Positions 12,440-26,577 of a stretch of DNA of 64,000 bases are shown here, piece after piece. Position 1 is the stretch's first letter. Each line of letters opens with the position of its first letter. The position numbers and the translations under genes were made by a program. The notes beneath the pieces are model-generated. The model worked only from the letters and a program-made list of their open reading frames with translations. It was not told the origin of the DNA and made no database searches. Origin of the DNA: Tubulanus polymorphus (Eukaryota; Animalia; Nemertea); assembly GCF_964204645.1 (NCBI RefSeq), contig NC_134032.1, forward strand, positions 3,930,175-3,994,174, read 5' to 3'.

Positions 12440-15323
12440 ATAAAAATTAATTATTTATTTTTTCATCATATTCACTAATCCAAAAATTATTGCACAGCAC
12501 AACTGTAATTAAAAATAAAATTATATGTTCAGCAGCAAAGTTAATGATATTTCCAGCAGATTTTAAAACAAAACCAACAATTGATGCTATAACTCCGGAT
12601 AAAGCTGCAGCAGATTTTTTAGATAATCTCCACAAATATTTTGCTAATTTTTTCAAACCATCTTTCACTTTATCTTGTATAGAATTATGACTTGGCAGTT
12701 TATCTTGTTTATTAGGATTTGGTGTAAGTTTTAATGAATTTGATATAGCTAAACCTATTGTTGAAAATATCATAGTTACAGCTGTTAGAATTGAAAGAAT
12801 TGTGATACCTTCTAATTTAAATAATAATTTCATTCTTTCATTTAATTAATTTCATAATTTCATCTTTAAATGTTACTTTAGAATTTAGTTTTATCAACAA
12901 ATCTTCAAAAATAACTTTTAATCTATTAATATTATAATCATATGATTGTAATGATAATTTAATTTCTTCATTCTGTAATTCTAAATTATATTTTAAATCA
13001 TCAATTTCTTTTTCTAAACTTAATTCTTTTTGCCTATATTCAATTTCATCAATTACTTGATGATCAAAATCTGATTTTGATTGTTTTAATTCTTCATTTG
13101 CTTTAGATAATTCATCTCCTAAAGTAATCATTTTTGATCTCTAATCATTTTATCGTGCGCAATTTTGTCAGCTTCATTTCTTATACTTATTATTTCTCTA
13201 ATTGCTTTATCAGAAAATATATTTAAATCTTCTTATTCTTGATTTGTTGCGTCAAAAAATCCACTCTGTAAAATGTTTTCAATTTGAAATCTTCTTGATT
13301 TAAGTTTACTGGTTTTGGAATTAATAACTTCTTTAGGAATTGTTTCTGGTTCTAAATTTTCATAAATTATCTTCAAAAAATCATCATTTTTTCGATTAAA
13401 TTCTCTTTTAATTGTGTTATCTCTTGTTCTGTAACATCAGTTATGACATCATTATTGATTTTCTTAATTCTAGATTGTTCTAATTTATCAAAGTTGGTTT
13501 TGTTATTATTTTATCAAGACTTTTATGAGAAGATATCTTAAAATAATAGTCATCTTTCAAATGCCAATAATAATCACCATTTAAATATTTCAAATCTTTT
13601 ACTAAACAATTCATACCTTTATTAGTTATATTTTTTTAATATTGGTTTAAATTTTTCAATTAATTCATCATAATCTAATTCTTTTTCTTTTCTAGTCCTG
13701 GATTTAAATTTTCAATATTCAATGTTGAACGTGCTTTAGTAATATATTCATAAGTATTAGGTCTTGTTAAATTAGAATTATATGCTGTTTCATTATCGTT
13801 ACTAAAACTTGTATCAGTAAAATCAGGTGGTTGTTCATCGGTTATACCGGGTTCATCAAAAGTATCCATCGGAATATCTTCTCCACCTTCTACATCCATT
13901 TATATCTTATGAAGATTAAAATGTAAAATATAATATTCCTTCTATTACAATTCCTATACAAGTTATAGCTAATTTGGTATTTTCATGTGATTTATTATCA
14001 TTATTACTTTTCATTATTTCAGGCTGAATATTATCAGTTTTTATATTTTCTGACGTATTGTAATCTTTTTTTTTTAGAATCATTATTTAATTTAATATTC
14101 TTTGTTTTAGTTCCTGTTGATTGTATATATTTTTAAATTTTTTCACCTTCATTAGTTTTGAAGCAATGATATTTTTTTTTTATTTATATCATTTAATCCA
14201 AATGAATTATTATTGTTGCAGTCTTATTGAATTATTATACCCAATCATATTTCCCATTTTAAAAATTATATCATCAGAAATAATAAATAAGGACCTTTTA
14301 CAATAATTTAATCTTACATGAGATTTATCTAAATAATTTTGATATATTACTATATTGTCTGGAATTGATCTATTTTTATCATTATGAATTGAATCTTCAA
14401 ATAATACTTTGAATTGTTTTTGTATATCAAATGATGTATTCAAATTTACAATTATTGGGGATCTTGTTTCAACCTGTGATCCTAATATACAAATCAAATA
14501 TATTCTAATAGATTGATTTATTCGTTGTATACCTGATTTTGTTAAACCTTCACTATTTTCTAAAATAAAATAAACCCAACCATTATCATTTTCTTGTTTT
14601 AAATCATCATAAATTTCGGTAATTTATTGAAATTTAAATTGATTTATTATTATAGATATTATTCTTAGGAATTGATCTTATTGTTCCAATTTTTGTTCGA
14701 AAATCAGAATTATCTATATTTTGTATTGAATGCATTACAAACTTTATACAACTTTGATAAATTGATTTTATTATCTAATTCTTTGAAATATCTATATCCT
14801 GGTAAAGGACATTCTAATTCATTAAATATTTATCATTTATTTTATTATAATTTGAAAATAAGTATGAAATAAAAAAAAAATACTTTGCAACAATTTATAT
14901 TTTGAATTATTTGAATGATCATTCCAACTATTTCCACATCCTGTTGTTGCACAATAAACTGCAAAATTTAATTGGTTCACCCAATACTAGATATTAGATT
15001 TGAATAACCATTGCTTTTCATCTTTCAATTTTTTAAAATTAATTCAGTATACATGAAATATATTTTCCACCTTTACATTAAAATTATTAGTTTCAGTGAC
15101 ATAAATATCTAAATTAATTAATGAATTTAAAACGTCATTTCTATATGTAATATTTTTATTAAAATCTATTCCTGGAATATTATATTTAATTGATTTATTA
15201 TTGAAAAATTATCTACCATTTATATAATATAAAAATTAATAATTTATTAATTCTTCTAATAATTAATCTTGTTCTTCAATTGTTATATTACCATTTAAAC
15301 TAATAATATAATCTAGTGTATTT
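12440..15323 (-). mobile_element. Decayed inverted Polinton fragment, homologous to about 49700-52100
   Basis: ORFs 12447-12833, 12838-13131 and 13675-13899 match 50606..52051; 14210-14497 matches 49815-50353; truncated by the HINE at 15324. Confidence 0.9.
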
Positions 15324-17560
15324 TAGGGTTTCTGCTGCTTTCGCAGAAACCCTCTTGTATTTCTGTTGATTATTATTATTATTTATGGTCAACCTTCCAG
15401 CCAAAAATTTTTCATAAAATGTAACTCCTCTTAGATTCGACTAGGAACAGCTTATAAACGTAATTTAAAATTATGTCAGAAATATAACTCAGCGCCTGAC
15501 CATTTCGAATATGCGTAAAGTAATCTATTATGAATTAATCCCGTGTAATTACCGGGTCTAAACAGCGACAAGAATAACGCAAAGAATCGTCATCAATTGA
15601 TAAAAGTGCACCCCGAAAAGCCTATAGTTTACCGCACGACCTTGAGCTCCAAAGTCAACCGTAAATCACGGATTCGGTCTTACAATTAGTCCGGATCCGT
15701 CATTTCCCACGAACGATAACTACAGCCGGTGTGCAATAAGTGTCTTATTAATGAAACATGGCGGATGGTTGCAATAATTTTCGGCTTAAATTTATCGCTT
15801 GTTTTAGGACCTTAATGAATTTCACGAAACCATGATCCTTAAAATGAGTCAATTGTTAAATTCTATTTGTAATCAATTTACGTTGGCTACATTTCCTGAA
15901 GATTTCTGGCTCGATTCAACGCAATATGGACAGAAGTAGTAGGAATTTTCATACGGAATTTTACTTCCGCGTTCACTCGATGACTCAGATAGATGACAAC
16001 GACAACAGATTTTACGTAATTTAAGGTGAGAATCCGTTAATCAGTGAATGTTTTACATGATTTATTTATAATATAAGTACATATGGTAGCAAATGAGTAC
16101 TCGGTGAAGCAATGATCATTGTTGGCTAGCTATTTTACCCAGCTTTCTTGGGGGATACAACTAGAATAGGCACTAAATGTAGTGAATAGAGACAGTGGAA
16201 AGCCTGAGTTGTTAGTAAGGGGCTGGTTTATACTTATGTGTACGACTATTGATTTCGATTACTATCTTTCCAGCTATTATTCGTGGAATAAACTGGTCAC
16301 TACGGTCTTCAATTCCTTTGCCTATTCTTGCAGCTGGTGGAAATAAATTTAAACCACAGTGTGCAAGTGTACGTTCCAAATCAAGCTTTTTCGTCATTGT
16401 CGTAACTTAAGCGCAACTGTCTCAGATGCTCTAAGTCCTTGACGTTTAATGTCATTTTTATTTTTTCAGTTGCCATGTTAACAATATTTGGATAAGTAAT
16501 GAGTTATTATACTTTCGCTCCTCTATGATATTATATTTCCGAGTAATTATTACATTTGATTGCTTAATTACAGGTGGAAAGAGGCCAGATGGCATGAAAA
16601 TCGACTGTGGCTGACTAATTGGTGCGAGTAGATCAGGCGTTGATGTTTCAAAAGGTGTAGCCAAAATGCTTGTATCATCAGGGGGTAGATAGACAAATAT
16701 CCGAAGATAAATGAAAACTTCACCTCGTTGATCGTCAGTTGATTTTGCTGTAATTTTTTCGCCTGGATAAATAAACACGTCATTTAGTTAAAAATCTGTG
16801 TTCAATAGAATTTCTTTCAATAAAATGAAACTTTAATGGACGTTTTTTATGTATTCAAGATTTAAATTGAATGGATCTTAAATCCAGAGAAAGCATTCTT
16901 CAGAAATTTAGAAAATCCTAGACTCACAATCAAATTCTGTGAAGTCAGTTAAGGTCTTTTGCTCGAATCAAGCCGAGGGCTCAGATGGCTAAAATTCAAT
17001 TCCCCAATGTCCTATAATGCAGAGTACGATAAAGTTTACACACGGAAAAACGTTGGGCTGTGTAAGTGTAATAAGTTAGCAATATAATGACCGCCTTAGC
17101 CCGCTGCATCTGAGACATGAACAAGTTAGACTGTGTTGCTTCGATGCTTTGCCAAACGGACTCCTAAGCAAGACGACCTGCCAAATCAAATGTAAATTAA
17201 GAAAGAAAACAACACAATTGATCAGTCAATGCCTTGCGTCTTCAAAAAATTTTCCAGGAAATATTTCTTTTTCTGGCCACTACCTGCCTCGACACGCGAT
17301 ACATGTTGATACAACTGCCACCGGGGGACCATATGTTCAGTATCCCCAAAGCCAGTTTTATGAGCCTTGGTACATCAGTACTCTTTCCATGGTAGCCCTT
17401 TTGGATCCAGCATATTGTTGACCCAGGTTGCGCTTCTTGGAAATAGTCCTTTGTTATGGGCGGATTGGAATAATTTCGATGAAATCTTTTTTACGTTTCA
17501 CATTGCAACATATGAACCAGTTAGGCAGAAACCCGTTATCGCTGCTATGCAGCTATATAT
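15324..17560 (+). mobile_element. HINE family A copy 2, full length
   Basis: 5' AGGGTTTCTGC..GCAGAAACCCT; 3' GCAGAAACCCGTTATCGCTGCTATGCAGCTATA; inserted in a T-run. Confidence 0.85.
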
Positions 17561-17627
17561 TTTATTTTAGCTCTGATGCATGTGCAAATTTTACCATTCC
17601 AGGGGCATGGTTCACAATTTTAAAAGT

Positions 17628-19300
17628 TTCATACACTAGGAGCCAGTTTCATAGACTAGGAGTCAGTTTCATATACTAGGAGTGAGTTTCATATACTAGG
17701 AGTCAGTTTCACACGCTTGGAGCCATTTTTATAGATTATAGGAGGCAGTTTCATATACTAGGAGCCAGTTTCATACACTAGGAGCCAGTTTCATAGACTA
17801 GGAGTCAGTTTCATATACTAGGAGTCAGTTTCATATACTAGGAGTCAGTTTCATATACTAGGAGCCAGTTTCATACACTAGGAGCCAGTTTCATAGACTA
17901 GGAGTCAGTTTCATATACTAGGAGTCAGTTTCATATACTAGCAATCAGTTTCATATACTAGGAGCCAGTTTCATATACTAGGAGCCAGTTTCATGGACTA
18001 GGAGTCAGTTTCATATACTAGGAGTCAGTTTCATATACTAGGAGTCAGTTTCACACGCTTGGAGCCATTTTTATAGATTATAGCAGTCAGTTTCATATAC
18101 TAGGAGCCAGTTTCATACACAAGGAGCAAGTTTCATATACTAGGAGCCAGTTTCACACGCTTGGAGCCATTTTTATAGATTATAGGAGTCAGTTTCATAT
18201 ACTAGGAGCCATTTTCATATACTAGGAGCCAGTTTTTATATACTAGGAGACAGTTTCTTACGTTAGGAGCCAGTTTCATAGACTAGGAGTCAATTTCATA
18301 TACTAGGAGCCAGTTTCATACACTAGGAGCAAGTGTCATACACTAGGAGCCCAGTTTCATATACTAGGAGTCAGTTTCACACGCTAGGGGCCATTTTTAT
18401 AGATTATAGGAGTCAGCTTCATATATATGAAGCCAGTTTCATACACTAGGAGCCAGTTTCATACACTAGGAGTCAGTTTCATATACTAGAAGCCAGTTTC
18501 AAATACTAGGAGCCAGTTTCATATACTAGGAACCAGTTTCATGCACTAGGAGACAGTTTCATATACTAGGAGCCAGTTTCAAATACTAGGAGCCAGTTTC
18601 ATATACTAGGAGCCAGTTTCATACGCTAGGAGCCAGTTTCATACGCTAGGAGCCAGTTTCATACGCTAGGAGCCAGTTTCATATACTAGGAGCCAGTTTC
18701 ATACACTAGGAGCCAGTTTAATACACTAGGAGTCAGTTTCATATACTAGGAGCAAGTTTCTTAGACTATAGGAGCCAGTTTCAAAGACTAGGAGCCAGTT
18801 TCACAGACTAGGAGTCAGTTTCATATATTAGGAGCCAGTTTCAAAGACTACGAGCCAGTTTCATATACTATGAGCCGGTTTCATACACAAGGAGTCAGCT
18901 TCATAGACCAGGAGTCAGTTTCTTAGACCAGAATTCAGTTAGATAGACTAGGAGCCAGTTTCATACGCTAGGAGCCAGTTTCATATACTAGGAGCCAGTT
19001 TCATAGACTAGGAGCCAGTTTCATACACTAGGAGCCAGTTTAATACACTAGGAGTCAGTTTCATATACTAGGAGCAAGTTTCATAGACTATAGGAGCCAG
19101 TTTCACAGACTAGGAGTCAGTTTCATACGCTTGGAGCCAGTTTCATATATTAGGAGCCAGTTTCAAAGACTACGAGCCAGTTTCATATACTATGAGCCGG
19201 TTTCATACACAAGCAGTCAGCTTCATAGACCAGGAGTCAGTTTCTCAGACCAGAATTCAGTTAGATAGACTAGGAGCCAGTTTCATAGACTATTGGAGCC
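17628..19300 (+). repeat. 20-bp satellite (GGAGCCAGTTTCATATACTA), about 80 copies, with higher-order structure
   Basis: Contiguous 20/22-bp monomers without unique spacers. Confidence 0.95.
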
Positions 19301-19609
19301 ATAAACTCAATTCTAAATTCCAAACACTAAAATAGTCAGTGATGGGCACAGGTTTTCTATGTTCTCCCAATAGATACCAGACTGTCTCTATTGGCAATGG
19401 GGATACCTCCTAATTTCGCGGTCAATATATCGAAAATTTTGAATTATTTTAAGCTAACGAACTAGTTTGTTTTTGTTTCGTTAGTAGTATTTTTTTAATA
19501 TTCATAATTAACACTACTTTTGTTCTGCGCAATATTTATTTCTTCAGTTTTAATTTTAACATCTGATGGTGGGTTATCAATTAATGGATAGATTTTCTAT
19601 CCATATCAA

Positions 19610-20312
19610 AAATAATATTAAAAACCTTATATTCTCACGATAATTTTTAACAATCAAATAGTATTTTTGATTCAAAACCCATGTTGTAATCCCATAATGT
19701 CTCCCACTAAAAGCTCAATAGCATAATTATGTTTCTCGTATTTTTGAATCACGAACATTTGCACAATCATATATAATGAATAATGTATTTGAACCTTCAT
19801 GAATATCAATTGCTATTGCAATTCATTTAAATCTAAGTTATCTTTGACGACTTTAGGATTTAATATTATGAACTTTTTATTTTAGTTACAATATCTCAAT
19901 GATAAATTTTATTAAATTTATATGTAGTGCAGAATAAAACAATATTATCATAGTAATTTTTAGATATAGTTTCTAATAAATCTAAAATAAAGTGTGTTTT
20001 TCCACAATTTGTGAGACCACTTACTAAGGTGTTATGAGGCTCGAATATAAATAAACTTCTATCCATTTATTAAGATTATGAATTACTTATTTTACTTTTA
20101 ATTTTCCGGATTAGACTTATATTTGACTAAGCTATATTTTTTACCTCGAATCTTCTTTGTTTTTAAAACTTGTTCTATTTTATAATAGATATTATCTATA
20201 TAAGGAACTAATGTTACTTCTTCTTCATAGAAATAACCTAATATTTCTTCGTTTTGCAAATCATATAACTTATAAACAAATGGTTTAGTTAATATCAATT
20301 TTTTTATTTTAA
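19610..20312 (-). pseudogene. Polinton relic: integrase C-terminus followed by packaging ATPase
   Basis: KPFVYKLYDLQNEEILGYFYEEE..YKIEQVLKTK (20098-20312), then ATG at about 20067 giving FIFEPHNTLVSGLTNCGKTHFILDLL; same gene order as 54981-56136. Confidence 0.85.
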
Positions 20313-20684
20313 TGTGGTAGGTCGGTTCCGCCCGGATCTGGATAGTTATTAGCTGTTTATCTGCAGTAGGGTTGTTGCTGCCTGGTGGCGCCATCTGTTT
20401 GTGTTTTGCTACGTTCTTTCCCCTTCCGGGTAGAATGAGGTAGCATTTAATGTAAATACATTCTGCATATTTGTCGAATGTATGCGTTCGTTTTGATCTT
20501 ACTGCAGGTAAGCTTTGAGTTTTAATTAGTACTGTTAATTATGAGCAATCGAGCTACGTTGTGGGGGTTGTCACTGGGAATCTATTGGGTTTTGCTGGGG
20601 ATGTTTATTCAGGTTAAATACGACAATGGGTTCCCGCGGTTTTGGCGGGAGTCACCACGTGTTTATGTGTATACTAGTCTAACA
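20313..20684. mobile_element. Putative solo LTR (TG...CA, ~370 bp)
   Basis: Begins TGT where Polinton homology stops and ends ACA where the duplicated segment starts; no TSD. Confidence 0.5.
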
Positions 20685-21772
20685 TCGTCAAAGCCGACAA
20701 CCTAACATTTGGATGGGAGAAGTCTTCTCGATTATTGCCGGGCTACTGAAAAGTCGCCCAATCGCCACTGTATCGCCTTCGCCTCTAGACGAGCCACCGA
20801 TTACTACAAGCAATTTCTCGTTGGGCGAGGTTCTTTGCATAGTGTGCAAATGCCGTTTGCAGACTACGTTAGTAATAACCAAGCAAAGAAGAAAACTTTG
20901 CAAGATGATGGTGGACGGTTCCTGGTGGATGGTGTTTCGGTTTTTGGAACTGAACCTAGTGTCATATTAAACCAACACAGTGCACACGATGACCACGAAC
21001 GGCCTAGGTTCGGACTTGATGCTGACGCACAATTCATAATTAACAGAGATGCAAATCCCAGAATTGATTTCGATTGGTCCCAATACTTCATTGAGGTTGA
21101 TATGGGGATTAACAGGTTCAGACCTAAAAGGTTAAAAGCTACAGCAACAAACATACCATAACATAATATGAATGTATCATAAAGTTTTAACGATATGATA
21201 AATAAACGAACCGCTGGAACGCGATTTAAAACGTTATAACCTATTTGATATAAACACCATAACTAATTATATTCGATCATATATTCGTAAATCCTGAATA
21301 TACACACGTGTGCCCGAGCTTTTAGTGCTTCATTGATAATCTAGATCGATATTGTAACGGAATGGCTCGCAACGATCATTCGATAACTGGGTGATCAACA
21401 ACTGACCATACGACGAGTAAATCCATAACGGAATCGCCCACAACGACCAATGTAATAACTTTGACTGTTCAATTATTTTTGTTCATAATTTCCGTCTCCT
21501 ATCAAATTTGATTTCTAACGTCTATCAATAATATATCAGGTTTTTTTACTCGCATTATTTGACTTAGCAATTATACCAGACGGAGTATGATTGTTGTCAC
21601 ACGCCTGATGTGCGTTAACTGTGCGTGAACCTGCGCGCTCAGGGGGCAAAGACATGGTTGGTGCCATGGCAGTCTTGCATCAATCGAAAGAAGACTGCAT
21701 GTATTTTGAGTAGATTTTCTATTCAAATCCGCATTTAAATAGGTTTAGATTATATTAGAATTTTGATTGCAG

Positions 21773-24319
21773 GTTTATCAGAAGTTTACTTCTGGCAGTT
21801 GCAGTTATCGTGTACTCCGAGATTGACGTAGAAAAATGTGAGTTTTACAGGAAGTCTTTTTGCATAGTTTCACCAGATACTTGTATATATTGAACAAATC
21901 ACCAAAATTTAATTTACAATGATTATACTAAAAACTTTCGTGCAATGTTCTTTTAGATTACTTCATTACTTTCAGGAAGTAACTATGGTTGAATGCCACT
22001 TTTTATTTTACAGGAATTTCATAGGACTATTCTATCGTTTCTTTTACATTTGTTTGTTCTGCTCGTTGTGGAAATTTGGTAAGTCTTCTCACGTTTTGCT
22101 TTACCGCACGTCTTTTGGAGCTTCGTTTACGCAGATTTTCAAACTATTCGATCGTTGTTGTTTAAACCTCACGGGACCGCAGTCTTTGAAGTTGTACAAT
22201 GCCTGTACAATGTTAGCCACAAGCAGGACTCCATCCCGTTTGCCACTCACGAGTGTTATCGAATTTTTCGTTTATATTTATACGATCGAAAACTGAATTA
22301 CATTGCACAGGTTATGATGCAGTGATACAATTACTGGTACTACTATTACAGATACCGTAATTTCTATCAGCGTTGAGAAAAGAAGCTTGGACCAGTTTGG
22401 CCATATGATGAAAGAATTGACAAAACGACCGGCATCAGATTTTAACAAATACGGCAACCATTGCGGGAAGGGAGGTAGTGGGCGTGTCCTTGATCAGATT
22501 GACAGGTATTTAGCACCCAACAGCTATGATGAAATTACTTTCTATGCGATGATTATACCTTGCAACAAACCTACACCAACTTTCTATGCTTTTAAAGCCA
22601 TTGCAATGCTATAGACAAATACGTGTATTTCGATCTATAACTTCAAAAGACAATCTTCAATGTTTAACCGGAGTTAATTACTTTTTTTGACCTTTTTACT
22701 TAACTGGAAAACTCAATATCCTTAGATCAGTTATAGAACCAACTTAGATTTTACAGGTCCTGTGTTGTAAACGGTTATAGAACCAAAGCATAATTCCGCT
22801 GGCCTAATGCTGTTGGAATGCTGTAGAACCTGAATGAGTTAAGACAATGGTCTCAAGTTGTTAGGTTTGGTTATGAAACGAAAATTTCCTTTATTAGGTT
22901 TTAAGTTGTTAACTGGTAAAAGTACCAAAGCATCTCATTAATTGTGGGTTTGTTTTATTTAATACATATATATCATTTTATTGGCAGGTTAAATTTATCA
23001 CATGAAATTCAAGCTTAAAATCCCGTACTATTTTTTTGAAGGTGCTGTAAAGTGCACGATGATTGTTACGATCGTATTAGCAACAACGAATGTAAAAGCA
23101 AGAGTTTTTGGGACATTCTGTTTACTTCAGTTTATCTGAATAGATACGCGTGGAAAATGCAAAATGGCGCGATCATTTGCGGTACGTATATCTAACCAGA
23201 TATATCTTAACGGCGATAGTGCCGATCACTTAAACCCGAATGTTGCACTTAGCGTTTTGAATTTTCCTACTTTACTCAAATTCAATATAAGATAAGTATA
23301 CTGACTTTTACTCGGTGCATTTTAGAAGAACATTGACAACACAATCTGAATTGAACATAACATTGAAAATAAAAACAGCCTGAACCCTTTCGCTGGGGAC
23401 TATTTGAATACTCCACGAGCAATAAATCTGTGTTTATATTGATTCTGATTTCAAAATTAATTCATATGCTTTTTAATGAAGAAAGACTCATCAAACTAGT
23501 ATCGGTTATGATGCTAGTAGTAAGAGCTATAAACGACGATAAAATGTTTGGTACAAAAAGTTTGAACATCACGGTAACCAGTGACTTGATAGATCTCGAT
23601 GTTAAATTTACTTCACGTCTTTGTTTACATAAAGTAGTTTGATAACAATAGAAAACATTTTTAAGCACTTTTAGAGTAGTAGAGCATTTCAACGACTGTA
23701 AGACAACCGTCGAGCATCCTGATAACGTTTTAGCAGCCAGGTGGCTAGTTTGACATCTAGTGGAAATTAGGTTAATAGGTCAAGTGTCACGTGTCAGGGG
23801 ACTTCGTCGATTGCGATCCGATTAACATCGTTACAACCCAAATGATATCGCCAGTGAAAGGGTGGAACAGATGATATGAAATTCGACACGTAAAAAAGTG
23901 CCACGTGTCGTTGAGCTAATAGATTATTCGGCGTTTGGGATTTAGCTCGCGAGATCTTATGTTTCAATTCCATATTAAGAGCATTATGCTTTTCTGAAGA
24001 TTCTTTTGAGTTAATTCTAAACGTCGAGATGACTATATAATGATGAAGTCGAAACGTGGAATGAAGTATTACCTGGAAAATTTTGAAGACGCTTTAAGCC
24101 GCATCTAACAGCGAACTCTGTGAATGTGTTAATCAATTCGATAATTAACAATATATATTATATTTTCTACTAGAAGCAAGAAATAACAGATGTGATATGG
24201 TACTGTGCCAATGCGACAAGACTGCCGCCGAGTGCTTCAAGAAAAACTTACGATTTTACAACCCGGCCAGAAAATCGTCGAGTCAATTGGATCTGCAATT
24301 CATCCACGCTTTACACTAA
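21773..24319 (+). CDS. Secreted phospholipase A2 (group I/II-type), copy 1; exons 21773-21837, 22352-22505, 23042-23181, 24174-24319; first exon not located
   Basis: GT-AG exons join in frame: signal-like LLLAVAVIV; EKR/SLDQF; Ca-loop YGNHCGKGGSG; catalytic DRCCKVHDDCY; CQCDKTAAECF. Confidence 0.88.
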
Positions 24320-24999
24320 AATGATGACTCATTTACGTCAAAAATGTAATATTTTGCCATAAATACATATTAAGTCTATGTCACCAGGTCATCATTAAAC
24401 GTTTGTTTGCGTCTCTAGTGACAATTCAATTCAAATCTTTATTGATCCATATGTTGAAAAACGCATATAAGATTCCCAAATTCAATAAAGTTACAAATTT
24501 CGAAATAAGAAAACACAACATACGAAACACATGCGTAATTTATACACCAACAAATGACTATGTCTACTTCAACCCAGACTCAAGAGGATCGAGTTGCAGT
24601 CCCCCGATTTAGCCCGGCCAACCTGCTACCCAATTGCCAAATTTCTTAAAACTTCGATTTCAAATTCGCAATCCCACGTTAGCTTATCCCAAAAATTCTA
24701 CATTTTTTCGCGTCAAATAATTCATTAAAATTGATTTTCTTGTTATTTCTGCTTTTTTAAATGGAGGTAGAGATAAAAACTTTCCGCCCTCCGCCGCTTT
24801 CAGAGGGCACATGAGAAACGAGGGCATTTTTGCGTGGTTAGGTTATCATTCAATGAATTTGTAATCCAATTATTTCTTCCTAAGTGCGAGAATGAATAAT
24901 GATTTTAAAGATTAGAGAAAATTTTAATTCTTGTGAAAATCGCAGTGAAACAATGCATCAATTGGTACGCAATTCACAAGTGATGATCATCGACAACAG

Positions 25000-25790
25000 G
25001 CTACAGAGTGGCCTTCGAACGACCTCGCAAAAGTAGAGAACTCAATACGTAACGGAATAAGGAATAAGGAACAAGTAACCAACTTCACTGAGGTATAATA
25101 ATAATGAGATGAAGAGATACATAAAGATTGATGGTGATGTGATACTAGGACTCGATACTGATGGTAATGGGTATCTGTTTGCGCTCGTGGAGAAAAACAG
25201 CAAATTATACCTGAGAAAATATAAAAATCTACAGAAACTGATACGTAGATGAAAATATCACTGATATCCGGTCTGGAGACTGTGGATCCCAATATCTATA
25301 TACAGTCATTAAGAGACGTTCATGTTTTACGTTTACTAGAAAACCCTGAAAACAGTTTGATTGATAGAAATATCAGCTCCCGGATGGAGGTTACTCTTTC
25401 AAATGTTAAGATGTCGACACACGGGGACGCATGTTTATTTACTGTTACGAGACTCATAGATTGTTGTTTCTAACAGCTGAAGCGGAACTGATGGGATTTA
25501 TCAATATAAAGGATTGTGGACTAACATTTTATCCATGTGCTGGACGCCCGTGTGTTATTAGTGATGAACATGTATTACTATCGACAAACTCTAATACTTA
25601 TTACAGAGGAGCTGTTATTAGTATCAGATATAATGATCACGTGCATAGTACTGAACTCTACAGACAGTATGACATGCGAGATACATAAAGTGTGTGACAG
25701 TAACACTGTAGTTATTCACTGGGATAACAGTAATAATCAGCACTCACTGAGACTCTACAATATAAACACTGTATTAACTCCCCCGATTTA
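25000..25790 (+). pseudogene. Decayed coding remnant of unknown, possibly beta-propeller-like protein (also at about 40330-41340)
   Basis: Protein-like segments in shifting frames (DGDVILGLDTDGNGYLFALVEK; LMGFINIKDCGLTFYPCAGRPCV) shared by both duplicates. Confidence 0.35.
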
Positions 25791-26045
25791 GAATCGAAGT
25801 CTAAACCGGTTTTAGGGTTCCAGAACAGCGTGTATACAATGAAATGCTACTCGTAGTCAGCCGGTCAAATGCTGCCCGGCTGTGAAAGGGCACCTTTGTC
25901 ACAGAAAAGTTTGAATCTTTAGGGCAATCTAAGTCGCTTTGGGGCATCAAATCTATGCATCCACAAAACATGACAATTTGTTTCTTATATTTTAACCCCA
26001 AGTAAAAAGTTGTTCGACTCATTAAAATATTGCAAATGAATTTTA

Positions 26046-26577
26046 GGCTAGAAAAAAATGATACTTTGTTTCCCTGTCTGCTGGGCTTAAAAGCTCTGCT
26101 GAGCTTTGACCCGGCCGGCCGCCGATCCTATCTATCCATTCATTTCGGTTATTATTAGTCAAAGAATATGTCATATAACCGATGCGGATACCTACGGATA
26201 ATTGTTTCCACTCGTCGAAACCATCAAGCCGGATTTCTTAAATTTCTTTTCTGTCTAAGTATCAGCACCGGACAATCGACGTATGGTTCCGGATGTATCA
26301 ATGCATACGCAGATCCGTTTTTCCCGGATTTGTCAGTTACGGATTGAGGTCTGATATCAAACGTATATGACCTTTATCCCTTAAAATATGTCACAAATAC
26401 GAGGTCGGATATTGATATTTACACCCTGCGTCTACCCGATACATCACTTTTTTAAAAATCATGATCAGGCTATCTATACCAGACCCGGCAGCGTAGAAAT
26501 GAACTTGATAACAAATATTATTGGAATTTACAAAATCACCCCGCCGCTGCCAAGAGACAAGGTATCATTTTTCAGCC
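26046..26577. mobile_element. Harbinger-type MITE, same family as 7897-8115, with an extra internal segment
   Basis: GGCTAGAAAAAAATGATACTTTGT ... ACAAGGTATCATTTTTCAGCC; flanks TTA/TCA. Confidence 0.7.

Larger units (their letters stand above)
20685..25850 (+). repeat. Segmental duplication, copy 1 (paralog of 35232-41405)
   Basis: Continuous colinear similarity from TCGTCAAAGCC to AATGAAATGCTACT. Confidence 0.92.

Noticed and set aside
17628-19300. CRISPR-like array
   Set aside because: Monomers are contiguous with no unique spacers, there are no cas genes and the context is eukaryotic; it is a satellite
21773-24319. PLA2 as a Polinton/adintovirus-encoded entry enzyme
   Set aside because: It has spliceosomal introns, a signal-like peptide and disulfide-rich group I/II features, and lies outside the elements; it is a host gene
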